A stretch of 64,000 nucleotides of DNA. It comes from Euprymna scolopes. Lineage: Eukaryota. A program made the position numbers and the translations under genes. Positions 61,168 through 64,000 of the stretch are shown here, piece after piece; position 1 is the stretch's first letter, and every line of letters starts with the position of its first letter. The stretch lies in the NCBI GenBank assembly GCA_053919585.1, contig CM132798.1. One strand, given 5' to 3'. The notes under the pieces are model-generated. The model saw only the letters and a program-made list of their open reading frames with translations, was not told where the DNA came from and made no database searches.

Positions 61168-61625
61168 TCTGCTAGTGTTTGTTTTATTTTTGTCTTGGTG
61201 TTTATTTTTTATTGTTTATTTTGTTGTTATTTACATTGTTTTTATTTAATATTTTTATTATTATGTGCTTTAATTATTATCTCTAAATTTTCGCAAGCAC
61301 TGTAGGTTTAGTTTAAGTTATTTTTATTGAAGATTTTCTGTAAGGGGTTGGTTGCGGGAAAGTGTTTGTCAAATAGATCTAGAAATTTCTTGCCAAGTTT
61401 TGTTTTTAACATTTGATTTTATGGGGCCGTATACCAAATTATAATTCTTTTTCTTCTGTTTTAATGTTATTATAGTTATTGGTGTTTTTTTTGCTTATAT
61501 TTGATATCGATATTTTTGTATCCACTATTTTTTGGGATGTTTCGTAGATATTGGTTGACCTGTTAAATGCATTTTTTTTGCTTAAGTTATTACTGGGTCT
61601 ACTAACGATCGAGTTAGGAATGTGT
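60505..61625 (-). mobile_element. Inverted 3' segment of the Penelope-like (Naiad-type) element
   Basis: Reverse complement of about 63005-63975 including the GIY-YIG region and an internal (TAA)n tract. Confidence 0.92.
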
Positions 61626-61679
61626 CGTATATTAATTTTATGTGAGTAAATGAAGTAGTTATACTTAGCTCCTTAAACA

Positions 61680-63326
61680 GTCGAGCACTCTCAAAAGAAT
61701 TTATTTTACCACATTAAAAATAGATATGGAAAGAGTTAATTTCGAAACATCGCTAAAAAACATCCCCACAGACAGCAAGCATAGCTATATTATTAAATTA
61801 ATAAAAAAAAACAGACGAACTAATACGCTGAATAAGATGGCGAGCAAATGTCTTCCTTAAAAATGAAAGCGTAAACAAAAAAGCATCCTATGATTTTAAA
61901 ACCCTTAAATATGCGAAAACAGTAGACCTTTTGATAAACTTTGAAAATGACATTTTAAACGTAATTAAAAACGTAAAATTCCACAATCAACCTAACAATT
62001 TCCAACGGAAACTACACAAAATCGTTAAAAACATAAACAACTCTAATAAAATCTTTGTAAAAGCAGATAAAACTAGACAGTTTTATAAAATAGATAAGCA
62101 AGAATATTACAAACTAATCCCAGAAAACATTACAAAAAGCTACAAAAAACTAGACACAAACGAATGTGACTACATAGATATAATAAATACTGAAAGTAAA
62201 CAAATTACTGATAAATTAAAAATTAGCGATAAAGTTGGCAAATTCAAACCTAGAGAGGCATACATTATGCTTAAAGCCCACAAATGGGACTTTAATAATA
62301 ATCCCAGCATCCGCCTGATAAATCAAACTAAACCAGTAGAATTAGCAAACCAATACTTTCTAGAGTAAAAAAAACAAATCAAACAAAACCTATTATTAAA
62401 CAAGTGGGCAAATACTGAAGAAACTGGTTTAAAAATATAGAAAACAAAGATAAATGTACTTTTATACAGTTTTACATCATAGACATTTATCCCTCGATAT
62501 GTGAGGAACTTTTAACATTGCCCTAGAATTTGCCGAGGCATACACTGATATATTCTCGGAAGAAATCAACATCGTTAAAAAATGTAGAAAATCAGTTCTA
62601 ATAAATAACAATAACCAATGGATAAAAACTAAAATGAAAATTCGTTTGATTTGGCGATGGGTGCCAAGGATTCTGCAGAGGCATCAGATCTTGTGGGATT
62701 ATTCATTCTATATACCCTCACAAGCATATTCGATACTATGGATATCGGCCTATATAAAGATGACGCACTAGCTTTAATAATAAAAAAACTACAACAAAGT
62801 CAAGGGAGAAAACTTTAAGAAAATCATACACAAGGAAATGAAAAAAAAATAGGCCTAAAAGCAGACGTATAAGCTAACATAAAAATAACAAACTTCCTGG
62901 ACGTCACGTTAAATTTAGATAAAAACAAGTATGAACCCTACTAAAAAAGATAACGCTACTGCAATTTACGTAAACCCTAAGTCCAACCACCCACCATCAG
63001 TTATAAAACACATTCCTAACTCGATCGTAAGTAGACTCAGTAATAACTCAAGCGACGAAAATGCATTAAACAGGTCAACCAATACCTATGAAACAACCCT
63101 AAAAATAGTGGATACAAAACTATCGATATCAAATATAAGCAACAAAACACCAATAACTATAATAAAATTAAAAATAGAAGAAAAAGAACAATAATTTGGT
63201 ATATGGCCCCATACAATCAAATGTTAAAAAAAAAACTTGCCAAGAAATTTCTAGATCTTATTGAAAAACACTTTCCCGCAACCAACCCCTTACACAAAAT
63301 CTTCAATAAAAACTAACACTAGCAGA

Positions 63327-63363
<37 letters not shown>

Positions 63364-63975
63364 TAATAATAATAATAATAAACCAACCCTTGACAAGAAC
63401 AACCATACTATAAATAAAAATACTAATAACGAACAAGATAAATGCAGCTGTAGACACCGCACACTTTGCCCAGTTCAAAATAAATGTCTAATTAAAAGTG
63501 TCGTTTATCAAGCCACAACAGTTGCGAAATAAAACCCGAATAACAAGAAATATTACGTAGGCATGACTTCCTTAGATTTCAAAAACCGATACTATGACCA
63601 CAAAAGTACATTCAGCCGTAAGAAACACCGTATAAAAACAACACTCGCGTATAAATACTGGGAACCCAAATAAAGCGGACACTCGCCGGTCGTCGAATGG
63701 AAAATAATAAGACAAGCTACCACGTGTAGGCATCTAGACGACCCATGTAGATTATGCCTTCATGAAAAATGTGCTATCCTGTACTTTAAAGAACCCCAAC
63801 ATCTATTACACTGTAGAAGAGAAATAGCAAATAACTGTGTTCACAAAAAAGACATTACTCAAGGATAGCGATACAAAATAGTTTTCAAACTAACAAAAAC
63901 AATAGAAAATAAAAATAAATAAATTATAAAACATGAGTATACATAAACGATCACACATATGTGTATATATATATG
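61680..63975 (+). mobile_element. Penelope-like element, Naiad-type, near-complete RT plus GIY-YIG pseudogene
   Basis: ATG 61726 MERVNFETSLKNIP, IRWRA, FENDI, VKADKT, YPSI, MGAKDSAEASDLVGL, GLYKDDAL, NFLDVTL, SNHPP, CSC-x5-C-x5-C, VVYQA..YYVGMT..FKNRY..H, CRLCLHEK; several frameshifts and stops. Confidence 0.9.
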
Positions 63976-64000
63976 TATATATATGTGCATATATGTATGT

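Noticed and set aside
61642-61680. GTGAGT...TTAAACAG as a retained intron in the Penelope leader
   Set aside because: Only 39 nt and adjacent to the inversion junction; cannot be supported without transcripts.
63430-63870. Selenocysteine recoding, reported for some Naiad elements
   Set aside because: Conserved Cys positions here are TGC/TGT; the TGA near 61829 falls at an expected Arg; no SECIS recognised within the window.

Overview
AT-rich eukaryotic (invertebrate-like) scaffold with five N-gaps, made almost entirely of nested transposable elements and microsatellites. I found no supportable host protein-coding gene, rRNA, intact tRNA or CRISPR array. Contents: about ten copies or fragments of two CR1/Zenon-like LINE families (A and B, one with an uninterrupted 685-aa RT ORF), two R4/Dong-like remnants, RTE remnants, three Gypsy LTR-retrotransposon pieces, Tc1/mariner remnants (one split by a TIR element), Helitron-type elements, a 61-bp minisatellite and a Naiad-type Penelope element with an inverted 3' copy. 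The most striking signal is a family of short (TA)n-embedded elements at 47.3-48.25 kb carrying a complete type I hammerhead ribozyme fold behind a CCAAT/GC/TATA-like promoter. A second hammerhead element at 15.35-16.0 kb carries a tRNA-like Pol III head and Penelope-style inverted/tandem ends. Also notable are a truncated, RT-deleted Gypsy flanked by a 319-bp duplication with a fold-back inversion and an intact -1 frameshift signal, and an RTE element with twin-priming-like 5' inversion geometry. All family assignments are by-eye motif recognition, and boundaries are approximate unless stated.
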